The notes under the pieces were generated by a model. The model did no database searches and had not been told where the DNA came from. It saw nothing but the letters and a program-made list of their open reading frames with translations. Positions 9,300 to 19,169 of a stretch of 64,000 nucleotides of DNA are shown here, piece after piece. The stretch is from Clostridiaceae bacterium. Its GTDB lineage: Bacteria > Bacillota > Clostridia > Saccharofermentanales > DTU023. The position numbers and the translations under genes are program-made. Every line of letters begins with the position of its first letter. Within the stretch, counting starts at the first letter, position 1. The stretch covers positions 13,773 to 77,772 of the forward strand of contig JAAYKK010000096.1 of the NCBI GenBank assembly GCA_012522435.1, given 5' to 3'.

Positions 9300-10655
9300 A
9301 TGAAGAATTTTTTGAACAAGGTATCTGAAAAAATTGATCAACTGAAAATGAATCCACCTTTAGTTTTAGTAATCGGTTTTGCTCTACTTATTTTATGTGG
9401 AGGATTGCTCCTTAATTTAAGTGTTGTAACTAAATCGGGTCAATCAATTGGGTTTATTAATGCTCTATTTACGGCAGGATCGGCATCATGTGTCACGGGA
9501 TTAGTGGTAGTAAATACAGCAAATTATTGGAATTTAGCGGGACAGATTATCATTTTGATTCTAATCCAAATTGGTGGGCTCGGCATAATGACCTTAGCAA
9601 CAATGTTTCCACTAATTTTAGGAAAAAGAATCGGCTTACAGAGCAGACAAATTCTCAAAGAACAAATGAATATAGATACCTTTAGCGGTATTGTTCGTTT
9701 GTTAAAATATTTAATAAAATTTACTTTCATCGCAGAAGGAATTGGTGTAGTTTTGTTGGCAACCAGATTTATACCGGCTTTTGGTTGGCTAAAAGGAATA
9801 TGGTATTCGGTTTTTCAGTCAATTTCAGCTTTTTGTAATGCAGGATTTGATAATCTAGGTGATTCAATCTTGCCTTGGCGTCACGATCCTCTTGTGAATT
9901 TCACCATTATGGGATTAGTCGTTATCGGTGGGTTAGGTTTTATAGTAACCCAAGAATTATTGCGCAAGAGAAAAAATAAAACTTTGTCTTTACACAGCAA
10001 ATTAGTCTTGACCATCACAGGACTATTGATATTTTTTGGCGCATTATTCTTTTTCATTTTGGAATCTTCCAATCCTGAAACATTAGCCACAGAAAGTATA
10101 CCGACCCAAATAGGTCAATCATTTTTCCAATCAGTTATAGCTAGAACAGCAGGCTTTTACTCCGCGCCTATCTCCGGTCTGCGCGATGCTTCCGCATTTT
10201 TGTTAATCCTTTTGATGTTTGTCGGAGGATCTCCGGGCTCAACTGCCGGTGGTTTAAAAACAACAACTTTCGGTGTTTTGGTTTTGTCTACAATATCTAC
10301 GATTAAAGGAGAAAATGAACCGGTAGTTTTTAATAAGCATATTGGATTGAAAAATATCCGCAAAGCTCTGGCTCTGGTTGTTGTGGGATTGCTTTTGGTT
10401 ATTTCAGTTTCTTTTTTGCTCACTGTTACCGAAGATGCAAAATTTATTGATTTATTATTTGAAACTGTTTCGGCATATGGAACTGTGGGTTTATCTAAAG
10501 GAATTACTCAGGATTTAACATCATTCGGGAAAATCATTATAATGCTTACCATGTATGCGGGGAGAGTCGGGCCTTTAACCTTAGGTTTTGCGATCAGTAA
10601 CCGGATGCGTCCGAGCAAATTACGTTATCCTGAGGCAAACGTATTAATTGGTTAA
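9300..10655 (+). CDS. ktrB: Potassium transporter membrane subunit, TrkH/KtrB family
   Basis: 451 aa and polytopic. Four pore-loop glycines in SCVTGL, FCNAGF, RTAGF and YGTVGLS. Confidence 0.9.
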   Translation: MKNFLNKVSEKIDQLKMNPPLVLVIGFALLILCGGLLLNLSVVTKSGQSIGFINALFTAGSASCVTGLVVVNTANYWNLAGQIIILILIQIGGLGIMTLATMFPLILGKRIGLQSRQILKEQMNIDTFSGIVRLLKYLIKFTFIAEGIGVVLLATRFIPAFGWLKGIWYSVFQSISAFCNAGFDNLGDSILPWRHDPLVNFTIMGLVVIGGLGFIVTQELLRKRKNKTLSLHSKLVLTITGLLIFFGALFFFILESSNPETLATESIPTQIGQSFFQSVIARTAGFYSAPISGLRDASAFLLILLMFVGGSPGSTAGGLKTTTFGVLVLSTISTIKGENEPVVFNKHIGLKNIRKALALVVVGLLLVISVSFLLTVTEDAKFIDLLFETVSAYGTVGLSKGITQDLTSFGKIIIMLTMYAGRVGPLTLGFAISNRMRPSKLRYPEANVLIG

Positions 10656-10684
10656 TTTGTTTCTAGAGAAAGGAATATTATTAT

Positions 10685-11344
10685 ATGAATAAAGATACAT
10701 CAGTAATAGTTATGGGTGCGGGGCTTTTCGGATCATCAGTTGCCAAGAAACTATTTGAATTGGGTATAGAGGTCATGGTAGTGGATCATAACTATGATAT
10801 TATCGAAGAGTTGGCAAACAATGTCACTACGGCTGTGCAATGTGATTTATTTGATGAAAAAGCTGTGGATGAGCTCGGAATTGCCAATTTTGATGTTGCT
10901 ATAATAGGTATCGGCAGCAATCTTGAATCTTCAATTATTGCTACTTTGGCAGCCAAAGATCGCAATGTAAATAGAATTATTGCGAAAGCTACAACACATA
11001 CTCAAGCAAGAATTCTAGAAAAACTTGGGGCAGATCAGGTTATTTTTCCGGAGATTGATATGGGTGAGCGATTGGCTCGTAGTATCAGCGGTAAAAACTT
11101 TTTAGAATATATCCATTTCAGCGATGAATATACAATTATGGAAATTGAAGCTTTAGATGACTGGATAGGTAAGAGTTTAGTAGATATGGATTTTTATAAT
11201 AAATACCATATGAATGTTGTTGCATTTCGCAGAGATAAAACAACAACTCTTTCTAATCTTGCTCAGTACAAAATTCAAAGTGGTGATTATTTAATCTTGA
11301 TTGGTAAATATTCAGATGCTGAACAGTTGGAAGTGTTAGATTAA
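10685..11344 (+). CDS. ktrA: Potassium uptake regulatory subunit, TrkA/KtrA (RCK_N + RCK_C)
   Basis: 219 aa. Rossmann GAGLFGSSVA. Sits immediately downstream of ktrB. Confidence 0.9.
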   Translation: MNKDTSVIVMGAGLFGSSVAKKLFELGIEVMVVDHNYDIIEELANNVTTAVQCDLFDEKAVDELGIANFDVAIIGIGSNLESSIIATLAAKDRNVNRIIAKATTHTQARILEKLGADQVIFPEIDMGERLARSISGKNFLEYIHFSDEYTIMEIEALDDWIGKSLVDMDFYNKYHMNVVAFRRDKTTTLSNLAQYKIQSGDYLILIGKYSDAEQLEVLD

Positions 11345-11396
11345 AATATAGTAGATTGAGAAAACGAATAATTAATATTAATGATTTGAGGTAAAA

Positions 11397-12020
11397 ATGA
11401 GATTATATTTGGTAAGACATGGGGAAACAGAATGGAATAGATGGGATAAACTACAAGGCCAAGTAAACATTCCACTTAATGAAAATGGTGAACGTCAAGC
11501 TGAAAAATTGGCAAAGGTTTTGGCAGGTCAACAATTTGATACGATTTATTCCAGTCCTTTAAGTAGATGTGTATCTACTGCGGAGATAGTTTGTGGCAAA
11601 GATGCAAATATTGAACTTAATCCGATCATAGTTGAGATGGCGTTCGGTATATATGAAGGTTTTAATTTTGGTGATATGACGATTGATGAAAGTCATGATC
11701 TCTTTACATACTTTTATGATCGTATAAATTATGAACCACCTGCAGGTGCTGAATCGATTGAAGATGTAGTAGAAAGAGCCAAAATATTCCTGAATGAAAT
11801 GCTGGCTAAACATCAAAATGAGAAAGTCATTGCTTTTACACATGGAGCTTTTTTACGTTGTGCAATTGCATTTTCACGCGGTTTATCAATCGCTGAAGAG
11901 AAATTAATCAGACCGATCCATAATTGCTCAGTCACGGTAATGAAAAACGTTGATGACAAAATAGTTTTGGAACAAGAAGCTGTTGATGTCATACATGGAG
12001 AAAAATTAAAATTGATTTGA
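11397..12020 (+). CDS. Histidine phosphatase family protein (phosphoglycerate mutase-like)
   Basis: LVRHGETEWN catalytic RHG motif, and a second His in FTHGAF. Confidence 0.85.
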   Translation: MRLYLVRHGETEWNRWDKLQGQVNIPLNENGERQAEKLAKVLAGQQFDTIYSSPLSRCVSTAEIVCGKDANIELNPIIVEMAFGIYEGFNFGDMTIDESHDLFTYFYDRINYEPPAGAESIEDVVERAKIFLNEMLAKHQNEKVIAFTHGAFLRCAIAFSRGLSIAEEKLIRPIHNCSVTVMKNVDDKIVLEQEAVDVIHGEKLKLI

Positions 12021-12082
12021 ATGGACGGCCGAGATCAGGTTGATAAAAAACATTTATTAACTAGTCAATATTCTAGCAAATG

Positions 12083-12117
12083 AAAAACCCTTCATACCAG
12101 AATGTATCAAGGGTTTT
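12083..12117. terminator. Bidirectional intrinsic terminator shared by the + strand phosphatase gene and the minus-strand tRNA
   Basis: AAAACCCTTCATAC-cagaat-GTATCAAGGGTTTT, one mismatch. A/T runs on both sides, so either strand reads as a hairpin plus U-tract. Confidence 0.8.
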
Positions 12118-12192
12118 GGAGCTTGCTGGGAGACTCGAACTCCCGACCTGCTGATTACAAATCAGCTGCTCTACCAACTGAGCTAAGCAAGC
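12117..12192 (-). tRNA. tRNA-Thr (anticodon UGU), CCA encoded
   Basis: The minus strand reads GCTTGCT-TA-GCTC-AGTTGGTA-GAGC-A-GCTGA-TTTGTAA-TCAGC-AGGTC-GGGAG-TTCGAGT-CTCCC-AGCAAGC-T-CCA. This is a 76-nt canonical cloverleaf with anticodon TGT. Confidence 0.95.
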
Positions 12193-12215
12193 AACTTTGA
12201 GAAACAAGCCTAGTT

Positions 12216-12243
12216 ATAATACCATATTTTTCTGACTTGTCAA
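12216..12243 (-). promoter_or_regulatory. Sigma-A type promoter for tRNA-Thr
   Basis: Minus strand TTGACA (12243-12238), 16-nt spacer, TATTAT (12221-12216). This lies about 25 nt upstream of the tRNA 5' end. Confidence 0.65.
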
Positions 12244-12410
12244 ATTCAATTATCATGACTTAGTTTCAAAAGAGAAATTAAGTTTTTTTATTTAATTAAT
12301 CCTGATAATTAATAATTTTATAAAAAACAATCTACATTTTGGTTATGATTTGATTTATAATGATTAATTAGAATAGTAGTTAAATAAATAGATTATTTAT
12401 TACAGAGGAG

Positions 12411-13121
12411 ATGACCATGGAAAACAACCAAAATACAAATAATCAGGGACAGAATCAACCTGATCCCAGTCAGTATCAACATCAACCGACTGATCATCAG
12501 CAATATCAACATGCAGAACAAGGGCCTAGTCAGCCGGGATATCAAGAACAATATCAGCAACAGCAACCAGACTATCAACAGCAAGATTATCAACAACCGG
12601 GTTACCAACAACCGGGTTACCAACAACCGGGCTATCAACAACCGGGCTATCAACAACCGGGTTACCAACAAGGATATCAGCAACAATACCAACAAACGGG
12701 CTATCAACAACCTCCTTACGGCAGTTATCAGAGAGGTCCTATTGGAGAGACACGCAGTCCAATAACAGTTCTTGTCTTGAGTATAGTCACTTGTGGTATC
12801 TACATGATTTATTGGCATTATAAAGTTTCGGAAGAAATTAATAATTATGTTCAAGCTGAAGCCACCTCACCTCTATTTGCCATTTTAGGTGCATTTACAT
12901 GTGGCGTATTTACTTTTCTAAATGCTTATAAAATTGATCAGGCGATTTATGACATCGATGTTGCTGAGGGTAGACGGGCAGACAATAGATTTATTATCTG
13001 GTTATTGCTTTCAATATTTGTTGGTGTAGGAATGTTCATGATGGCTTATCAAGTCCAAGAAAGTCTTAATAACATTTGGGCAGGTCATATGCCTCCTAAC
13101 TACAATCAACCTACTTATTAA
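12411..13121 (+). CDS. DUF4234 domain membrane protein with Q/P/Y-rich repetitive N-terminal region
   Basis: 236 aa. The N-terminal ~105 aa are low complexity (QQPGY repeats). The C-terminal half, RSPITVLVLSIVTCGIYMIYWHYKVSEEIN plus two further TM segments, matches the pattern I recall for DUF4234. GAGGAG SD. Confidence 0.75.
   Translation: MTMENNQNTNNQGQNQPDPSQYQHQPTDHQQYQHAEQGPSQPGYQEQYQQQQPDYQQQDYQQPGYQQPGYQQPGYQQPGYQQPGYQQGYQQQYQQTGYQQPPYGSYQRGPIGETRSPITVLVLSIVTCGIYMIYWHYKVSEEINNYVQAEATSPLFAILGAFTCGVFTFLNAYKIDQAIYDIDVAEGRRADNRFIIWLLLSIFVGVGMFMMAYQVQESLNNIWAGHMPPNYNQPTY
12591..12665 (+). repeat. 15-bp in-frame tandem repeat x5 (CAACAACCGGGTTAC / CAACAACCGGGCTAT) encoding QQPGY
   Basis: Five contiguous copies in two sequence variants, in the order A-A-B-B-A. 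Degenerate copies flank both sides (about 12541-12720). Confidence 0.95.
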
Positions 13122-13122
13122 T

Positions 13123-13674
13123 TTGATCCGAGAAGTATTTAATTCAATAGCTATTAAATTGGGTTTCATTGTTGATCCTACAGTGGAACCCAATTTTCGC
13201 AATCAAGCACGTAAGAGAAATTTTTCCATTTTTATTGCTTTGATTATTCATTTGATTTCAGCACCTTATTTGTGGGGGACTGCCTGCTTGATCCAAGGGG
13301 GAATCGGTGTGCCTTGTCCAACTTGTGGCACGACCAGGGCAATAGAAGCATTAATCCAAGGAGAAATAAAGGAGGCTTTATCCTGGCATCCGCTTGTTTT
13401 CTTAAGCTTATTTATCGTGATCATAGCTGTTATTTATAGTATTAATAAAGAAATAAAAAAACAAAGAGCATTTCAAGCAAATGAAAAGTGGAGAACAATT
13501 AAAAACGGGAATGCACTTCAGTATGTGTTCATTCCCGTCTTAATGATTTATTTTATTGTATATCTGATTAGAATTATTAATTTATATCCTAATCCTCCGT
13601 TGAATTACAACTCTGATTCCGCACTTGGCAGAATTATCGGATTATTTCGTGAATATTTGTTTAATAATCAATAA
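13123..13674 (+). CDS. DUF2752 domain membrane protein
   Basis: 183 aa. CPTCGTTRA motif after the first TM helix, as I recall for DUF2752. TTG start 1 nt after the DUF4234 stop, with no clear SD, so coupling is likely. Confidence 0.65.
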   Translation: MIREVFNSIAIKLGFIVDPTVEPNFRNQARKRNFSIFIALIIHLISAPYLWGTACLIQGGIGVPCPTCGTTRAIEALIQGEIKEALSWHPLVFLSLFIVIIAVIYSINKEIKKQRAFQANEKWRTIKNGNALQYVFIPVLMIYFIVYLIRIINLYPNPPLNYNSDSALGRIIGLFREYLFNNQ

Positions 13675-13676
13675 AG

Positions 13677-14096
13677 CTAGAAATCTCGCATTGCCCGTTT
13701 TACATTTTCCGGCATTTTGTCCGGATCATCACTGATAGTAATGATAAAAGTGGCTGCCATATTCTTGGTCAATTCATCTAAATCATCAAAGAACTTCTCT
13801 AATTCGTCGATTTTCGTACTGTTTGCTATTTTGTATAAGCTATCGATATAGAAGTGAGTAATATCATGATCTTTAGCACTTACTCCTGCAATAAAAGTTA
13901 TTAATTCACGATAATCTCTTACAGGATATTCGGTAATATCAATTAAACGTACTTGATAAGGTATATTTTGATTAAATCTTTTACCATATTCTATACAAAC
14001 TACATTTGTGTCTTTCGTGTTAGAAATATCGGTAATCTCATCTACCAGAATTGATGATTTTCCTGAACCTTTTAATCCAACAATGGCTTCAATCAT
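13677..14096 (-). CDS. Small P-loop NTPase, function unknown
   Basis: 139 aa. Walker A GLKGSGKS at residues 7-14. Hydrophobic strand plus acidic residues (FIITISDD) as a candidate Walker B. No other recognisable domain. Confidence 0.6.
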   Translation of the reverse strand: MIEAIVGLKGSGKSSILVDEITDISNTKDTNVVCIEYGKRFNQNIPYQVRLIDITEYPVRDYRELITFIAGVSAKDHDITHFYIDSLYKIANSTKIDELEKFFDDLDELTKNMAATFIITISDDPDKMPENVKRAMRDF

Positions 14097-14178
14097 AAAT
14101 AAATTCTCCTTAATCTTAATAAAAATTTTTAAGTTTCAATAGTTCTTATTGTACAGTATTTTAGACTGTTTTAAAAAC

Positions 14179-14207
14179 TTGCAATAGAATGAATTTATTG
14201 TTATATT
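14179..14207 (+). promoter_or_regulatory. Putative sigma-A promoter of the rimP-nusA-infB operon
   Basis: TTGCAA (14179-14184), 17-nt spacer, TATATT (14202-14207). Confidence 0.55.
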
Positions 14208-14234
14208 TATCTTACATCTCTAAAGTTTTTTCGA

Positions 14235-14264
14235 AAAGAGTGGGTTCGCCCACTCTTTGTTTTT
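14235..14264 (+). terminator. Intrinsic terminator hairpin inside the rimP-nusA leader (putative attenuator)
   Basis: AAAGAGTGGG-ttcg-CCCACTCTTT, a perfect 10-bp stem with a tetraloop, followed by GTTTTT. It lies between the putative promoter and the rimP start (14306). No upstream + strand gene needs terminating here. Confidence 0.7.
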
Positions 14265-14305
14265 GGATAGATATTATTGAAAATAATTAATGAATTGGAG
14301 AAGAT

Positions 14306-14779
14306 ATGGCGAAACGGAATGCACGTTGTCAATATATTTATGAAGCTTTGGAACCGATCATTGAAGAATTAGGTTTTGAGTTGATTGACGTGGTTTATGC
14401 CAGAGAAAATGGCAAATTATTTTTGCGATTATTGGTAGATAAGCTTGGTGGCATTAATATCGATGAATGTGAATTGATTAGTGAAACTGTCGATCCAATC
14501 ATTGAGCAAGATTTGCAATTAAGAAATCATGATTATTTTGAAGTTTCTTCTCCAGGTTTAGACAGACCATTGACAGAAGCTAAGGAATTTGAACTATATA
14601 GGGGACAATTAGTAGAAGTGAGATTATATAGAAAAATAGAGAACAAAAAGGTATTTACCGGTGAGCTTCTGGCAGGTACAGATGACAGTATAACAATCTT
14701 AGATGAAGCAACCGGTGATGAAATAGACTTTGACTTAAAAGAAGTGGCTAAAGTAGCCAGAACGATCAGTTTTGATTGA
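14306..14779 (+). CDS. rimP: Ribosome maturation factor RimP
   Basis: 157 aa. Position upstream of nusA, with EVSSPGLDRPL as the RimP hallmark. Confidence 0.92.
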   Translation: MAKRNARCQYIYEALEPIIEELGFELIDVVYARENGKLFLRLLVDKLGGINIDECELISETVDPIIEQDLQLRNHDYFEVSSPGLDRPLTEAKEFELYRGQLVEVRLYRKIENKKVFTGELLAGTDDSITILDEATGDEIDFDLKEVAKVARTISFD

Positions 14780-14796
14780 ATATAAGGAGAGAATGG

Positions 14797-16098
14797 ATGA
14801 ATGCTGAATTAATTGATTCTTTGAAATTGCTTTCGAAAGAGCGCGGTGTTGAAGAAGAAGAGCTTTTTGAATATGTGGAAGAAGCATTGGTAGCTGCTTA
14901 TAAGCGTGAATTTAATCCTAAATCCACGGATAATGTCAGGGCTGAAGTAGACCGTGAAACAGGGGAGATGCGTGTTTTTGTCACGCGAACCGTGGTAGAG
15001 GAAGTCCTAGATCCACATTCAGAAGTTTCATTAGAAGAAGCTAAAGCTTTATCTGAAGATTTCGAAGTCGGTGATATGTTAGAGTACCAGATTAGTCCTC
15101 AAGATTTCGGACGCTTAGCTGCTCAACAATCAAAGAGTGTTATCAATCAAAAGTTGGGCCAAGCGGAGAAAGAAAGAATTCATCAGGAATTTAGCGATCG
15201 TATAGGTGAATTAGCTTACGGTGTAGTTCAACGTAAAGACAGACGAGAGGTAGTGGTTGATATTGGCAGAGCAGAAGCTGTGCTAACTCACCGTGAACAA
15301 TCGCGCTTGGATAATTATGAGTTCAATCAAAGAATGCGCTTTTATATTTTACGAGTCGACGAAAGACATGGCAGACCGATGGTTCTTGTTTCACGAAGCC
15401 ATCCTAATTTGGTTGGCCGTTTATTTGAGCAGGAAGTTCCCGAAATTTCAAGCGGTGTTGTTGAGATTTACTCGATAGCCAGAGAAGCCGGTTTCAGAAC
15501 AAAGATTGCAGTTCATTCCTTAGATCCCAATGTAGATGCAGTCGGTTCTTGTGTAGGTCAACGTGGCATGAGAGTTCAAAATGTGATTGATGAATTACAT
15601 GGAGAAAAAATTGACGTTGTTGAATGGAATGAAGATCCGGGTATTTATATCAGCAATGCCTTAAGTCCTGCCAAAGTCTTAAGAGTAGATTTATATGATG
15701 ATGATTCCGCACGAGTAGTTGTGCCTGATCATCAACTTTCTCTAGCAATTGGCAGATCTGGTCAGAATGCTAAACTAGCCGCCAAATTGACAGGCTGGAG
15801 AATAGATATTAAGAGTGAAACACAGCAAAGAGAAGAAGTTGAGCATGAATTGTTAATGCATTTTGATGATGTACTGGATGGCGATTATGACGATGAGTAT
15901 GAAGATGACTCGGAGCTAGATCAAATCGACCAAGTGTTTTCTGAATTTGCTGTTGTAGATGATGAAGCTGATGTGAATGAAGATGAAATTGAAACTAATG
16001 ATGTTGAAGCAGATGAAGAATTTGAATTAGATGATCAAGCTGAAACAGATCAGGAATCAGTTGATTCAGAAATTCAGGCTGAAGATCAAGCAGAATAG
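14797..16098 (+). CDS. nusA: Transcription termination/antitermination factor NusA
   Basis: N-terminal domain, S1 domain and two KH domains ([20 protein letters not shown]). I moved the start to ATG 14797 (MNAELIDSL), 6 nt after an AAGGAGAG SD. The C-terminal ~85 aa form an Asp/Glu-rich tail. Confidence 0.95.
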   Translation: MNAELIDSLKLLSKERGVEEEELFEYVEEALVAAYKREFNPKSTDNVRAEVDRETGEMRVFVTRTVVEEVLDPHSEVSLEEAKALSEDFEVGDMLEYQISPQDFGRLAAQQSKSVINQKLGQAEKERIHQEFSDRIGELAYGVVQRKDRREVVVDIGRAEAVLTHREQSRLDNYEFNQRMRFYILRVDERHGRPMVLVSRSHPNLVGRLFEQEVPEISSGVVEIYSIAREAGFRTKIAVHSLDPNVDAVGSCVGQRGMRVQNVIDELHGEKIDVVEWNEDPGIYISNALSPAKVLRVDLYDDDSARVVVPDHQLSLAIGRSGQNAKLAAKLTGWRIDIKSETQQREEVEHELLMHFDDVLDGDYDDEYEDDSELDQIDQVFSEFAVVDDEADVNEDEIETNDVEADEEFELDDQAETDQESVDSEIQAEDQAE

Positions 16099-16106
16099 GA
16101 GTAATT

Positions 16107-19100
16107 ATGGCGCTAATTAGAAGAGAACCGGATTCAGGACTAAGAGCAGGATTTATTCGTGAAGATGAAGCGAAAAAAGTTGCTAAAAAACAAACGGAAC
16201 AGGAAAAAGTTGAAGAAGCTAAATCTGAACTAACAACTCCTGAAAAAGATCCGGAATCTGATAAAAAAATAGAGCAGGCGAAAGAAAAATCTGCTCCTGA
16301 AAAAATAAAAGTACCGCAGTTTACACATGATGATGGTCCAAAGATCAGTATGCAAGGTATATCCGGTCGTGAAATTACCGGTGTCGTAAAGGTTGTAAAA
16401 AAAGTTTCAAGTGATTCCGAGCAAGAAAAAGCTGAATCTGTTGAAGAAGAAAAAACAACCAAAGCAGCACCCGAAGTTAAGGTGTCTGAAACTGAAATTG
16501 AAAAAGAAACTGTACTACCTAGTAAAACAGCTAGTGAAGAAGCGCCTGCCAAAGCTGTTCAAGAGAAGGTTGCTACAGTTGAATCTCCTGTAAGTAAGAC
16601 GTCAGATGAAAAAGCTGATGCAGTTAAGATTTCTGCGAAAGAATCAATTAAGAAATCTCCAAAAGAAAGTGTTGCTGAAACAACAACTCCATCTCCGACT
16701 GAAGTTTCTGAAGCTGTTCAAACAGAGGAAAAAGTTGAGAGTAAATCTGATCAAGTTAAACTTAAAACTGAAGAAGTTAAAAAACCAACAAAAATTAGTG
16801 AAGAAACAGATCAGAAAAAGAAAGTTGCTCCAGAAAAACCGGCAGCGAAAAAACGAACTTTAATTGTTGATCAGGGTATTACTGAATCCAGTTTTGAAGG
16901 TCCGAGAATCAGACCTCAAAAAGGTAGTTATGTAGGCAAAGACGGAGCAACTCCTGTGGCTGACAGACGTAGATCCAGACCCGCTCGTCAACCGAGAAAA
17001 GACTATACCAGAAGTGCTCAACGTGACTCCGGAGGACCTACTCAAAGAAGAGAAGGCAGACAAGATGCTTCACCTCGTAGACCGAGTAGACAGTATGAAC
17101 CAAGAAGAACTGGTGGTAGAACTTTTGTTCAGGATAAAGATAGAGAAGAAGCACCACGTATCAGCAGATCACCACGTCCTAGAAGACAAGATTCGCGTTA
17201 TGATGCTCAAGTTAATCCGGAAATAGCTGAAAGTGCAAAAGTTGATTTCAGAAAACAACATGACAAGAGAGCTTCCGGTGCAAAGACCCGTCGACAACCT
17301 GATTATGAACGTCGTCGTGAAGCAAGAGATCGTAGTCTTGAGCAACAAAAATTAAAACAAAGACGTAAACAAAGACGAGAAGAGCAACAGCGCCCGCAAG
17401 TTGCTCAAACTACCCATGTCAAATTACCGGAAACCTTAACTGTTCGAGATTTGGCAGGTTTATTGAAAAAGACAACAGCTGATGTAATTGCCAAGTTGAT
17501 GACCTATGGAGTCATGGCAACTTTGAATCAGGAAATAGATTATGATACTGCAGAAGTTATTTCGAATGATTTCGGAATTAAAGCTGAAAAAATCATTGAA
17601 GTAACAGAAGAAGACATCTTATTTGATGATTCAGATGATGATGAGGCTGATCTCGTAACCAGACCTCCGGTCGTAGTTGTTATGGGCCATGTAGACCACG
17701 GCAAGACATCAATTTTAGACTATATCAGAGATGCCAGAGTAACCGAAGGAGAAGCTGGAGGAATCACTCAGCATATCGGAGCCTATACAGTAGATGTTCA
17801 TGGAGAGCCTATTACATTTTTGGATACACCGGGACATGAGGCTTTTACAACTATGAGAGCAAGAGGCGCTCAAGTTACTGATATAGCAGTTTTGGTCGTA
17901 GCAGCAGATGACGGTGTAATGCCTCAAACAATCGAAGCTATTAACCATGCTAAAGCTGCCGAAACAGAAATAATTGTAGCAATCAATAAAATAGATAAAC
18001 ATGGAATTAATATCGATCGAGTTAAACAGGAATTAGCTCAACATGAACTGATTTCTGAAGATTGGGGCGGAACCACTACGATGGTAGAAGTTTCAGCCAA
18101 AACCGGTCAAAATATGGATGAGCTCTTGGAAATGATAATATTAACTGCACAAGTTATGGAGTTAAAAGCTAATCCAAATCGTCAAGCTAAGGGTACAGTT
18201 ATTGAATCTAAACTTGATAAAGGTAGAGGACCGGTTGCGACAATTCTGGTTCAAAGAGGAACTTTACGTGTCGGAGATACGGTAGTAGTAGGTTCAACTA
18301 TTGGTAATATTAGAGCAATGACAGATGATCGCGGTAAACAGGTCGAGGAAGCAGGACCTTCAATACCGGTTGAAATCTTAGGCTTACCTGATGTTCCGGA
18401 AAGTGGAGACATCTTCTATGCAGTTAAAGATGATAAAGTTGCGCGCAGTTTAGCAGCAAGGCGTCAAGGTGAAGAACGTGAAGCACAATTACGTAAAACA
18501 TCGCGCATGTCATTAGATAATCTATTTGCTCAAATTGAAGAAGGTGAAGTCAAAGACTTTAACCTGATTGTGAAAGGTGATGTTCAGGGTAGCGTGGAGG
18601 CTGTAACTCAGTCTTTAGAAAAACTCTCGAACGAAGAAGTGAAAATTAGAGTAATTCATGGTGCTGTCGGTGCGGTCACTGAAAGTGATATCCGATTAGC
18701 GGAAGTTTCCAATGCCGTAATTATCGGATTTAATGTTCGTCCTGCTTCAGGAGTACAAGATATGGCCGACCAAGCCGGTGTTGATCTCAGAATGTATCGT
18801 GTGATTTATGATGCGATCAATGATATTGAAGATGCCATGAAAGGTATGCTCGATCCAAAATTCAAAGAAGTTGTACTGGGTCACGCCGATGTCAGAGATA
18901 CCTTCAGTGTTTCCGGCATAGGTACAATTGCCGGCAGTTACGTTACCGACGGAACAATTTCTCGTTCCAATCAGGTAAGAATTGTGCGTGACGGTGTAGT
19001 AATCCATGAAGGACAGATTTCATCATTACGTCGTTTTAAAGATGATGTACGTGAAGTAAGCCATGGCTATGAATGTGGTATCGGAATTGAAAGATACAAT

Positions 19101-19157
19101 GACATCAAAGTAGGAGATCAAATTGAAGCTTTTGAAATGCAGGAAATAGCCAGGTAG
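16107..19157 (+). CDS. infB: Translation initiation factor IF-2
   Basis: 1016 aa. G domain with [17 protein letters not shown] and NKID. Long K/E-rich then R-rich N-terminal region. AGGAG SD. Confidence 0.97.
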   Translation: MALIRREPDSGLRAGFIREDEAKKVAKKQTEQEKVEEAKSELTTPEKDPESDKKIEQAKEKSAPEKIKVPQFTHDDGPKISMQGISGREITGVVKVVKKVSSDSEQEKAESVEEEKTTKAAPEVKVSETEIEKETVLPSKTASEEAPAKAVQEKVATVESPVSKTSDEKADAVKISAKESIKKSPKESVAETTTPSPTEVSEAVQTEEKVESKSDQVKLKTEEVKKPTKISEETDQKKKVAPEKPAAKKRTLIVDQGITESSFEGPRIRPQKGSYVGKDGATPVADRRRSRPARQPRKDYTRSAQRDSGGPTQRREGRQDASPRRPSRQYEPRRTGGRTFVQDKDREEAPRISRSPRPRRQDSRYDAQVNPEIAESAKVDFRKQHDKRASGAKTRRQPDYERRREARDRSLEQQKLKQRRKQRREEQQRPQVAQTTHVKLPETLTVRDLAGLLKKTTADVIAKLMTYGVMATLNQEIDYDTAEVISNDFGIKAEKIIEVTEEDILFDDSDDDEADLVTRPPVVVVMGHVDHGKTSILDYIRDARVTEGEAGGITQHIGAYTVDVHGEPITFLDTPGHEAFTTMRARGAQVTDIAVLVVAADDGVMPQTIEAINHAKAAETEIIVAINKIDKHGINIDRVKQELAQHELISEDWGGTTTMVEVSAKTGQNMDELLEMIILTAQVMELKANPNRQAKGTVIESKLDKGRGPVATILVQRGTLRVGDTVVVGSTIGNIRAMTDDRGKQVEEAGPSIPVEILGLPDVPESGDIFYAVKDDKVARSLAARRQGEEREAQLRKTSRMSLDNLFAQIEEGEVKDFNLIVKGDVQGSVEAVTQSLEKLSNEEVKIRVIHGAVGAVTESDIRLAEVSNAVIIGFNVRPASGVQDMADQAGVDLRMYRVIYDAINDIEDAMKGMLDPKFKEVVLGHADVRDTFSVSGIGTIAGSYVTDGTISRSNQVRIVRDGVVIHEGQISSLRRFKDDVREVSHGYECGIGIERYNDIKVGDQIEAFEMQEIAR

Positions 19158-19169
19158 AAAAGAGGACAT

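Noticed and set aside
12591-12665. Possible CRISPR-like or other non-coding repeat array
   Set aside because: The units are 15 bp, contiguous with no spacers, in frame, and encode QQPGY inside a supported CDS. No cas genes are present in the window.
12393-12854. 153-aa minus-strand ORF and 84-aa + strand alternative-frame ORF (12511-12765) across the QQPGY repeat
   Set aside because: Both are frame artefacts of the tandem repeat, producing LLIARLLV-type or NNRVT-type repeats. The DUF4234 frame has the SD and a recognisable C-terminal domain.
15995-16552. 185-aa minus-strand ORF overlapping the nusA 3' end and the infB 5' region
   Set aside because: It is the antisense reading of the Lys/Glu-rich IF-2 N-terminus and gives a Ser/Phe/Thr-rich low-complexity product. 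It has no SD and lies entirely inside two well-supported genes.
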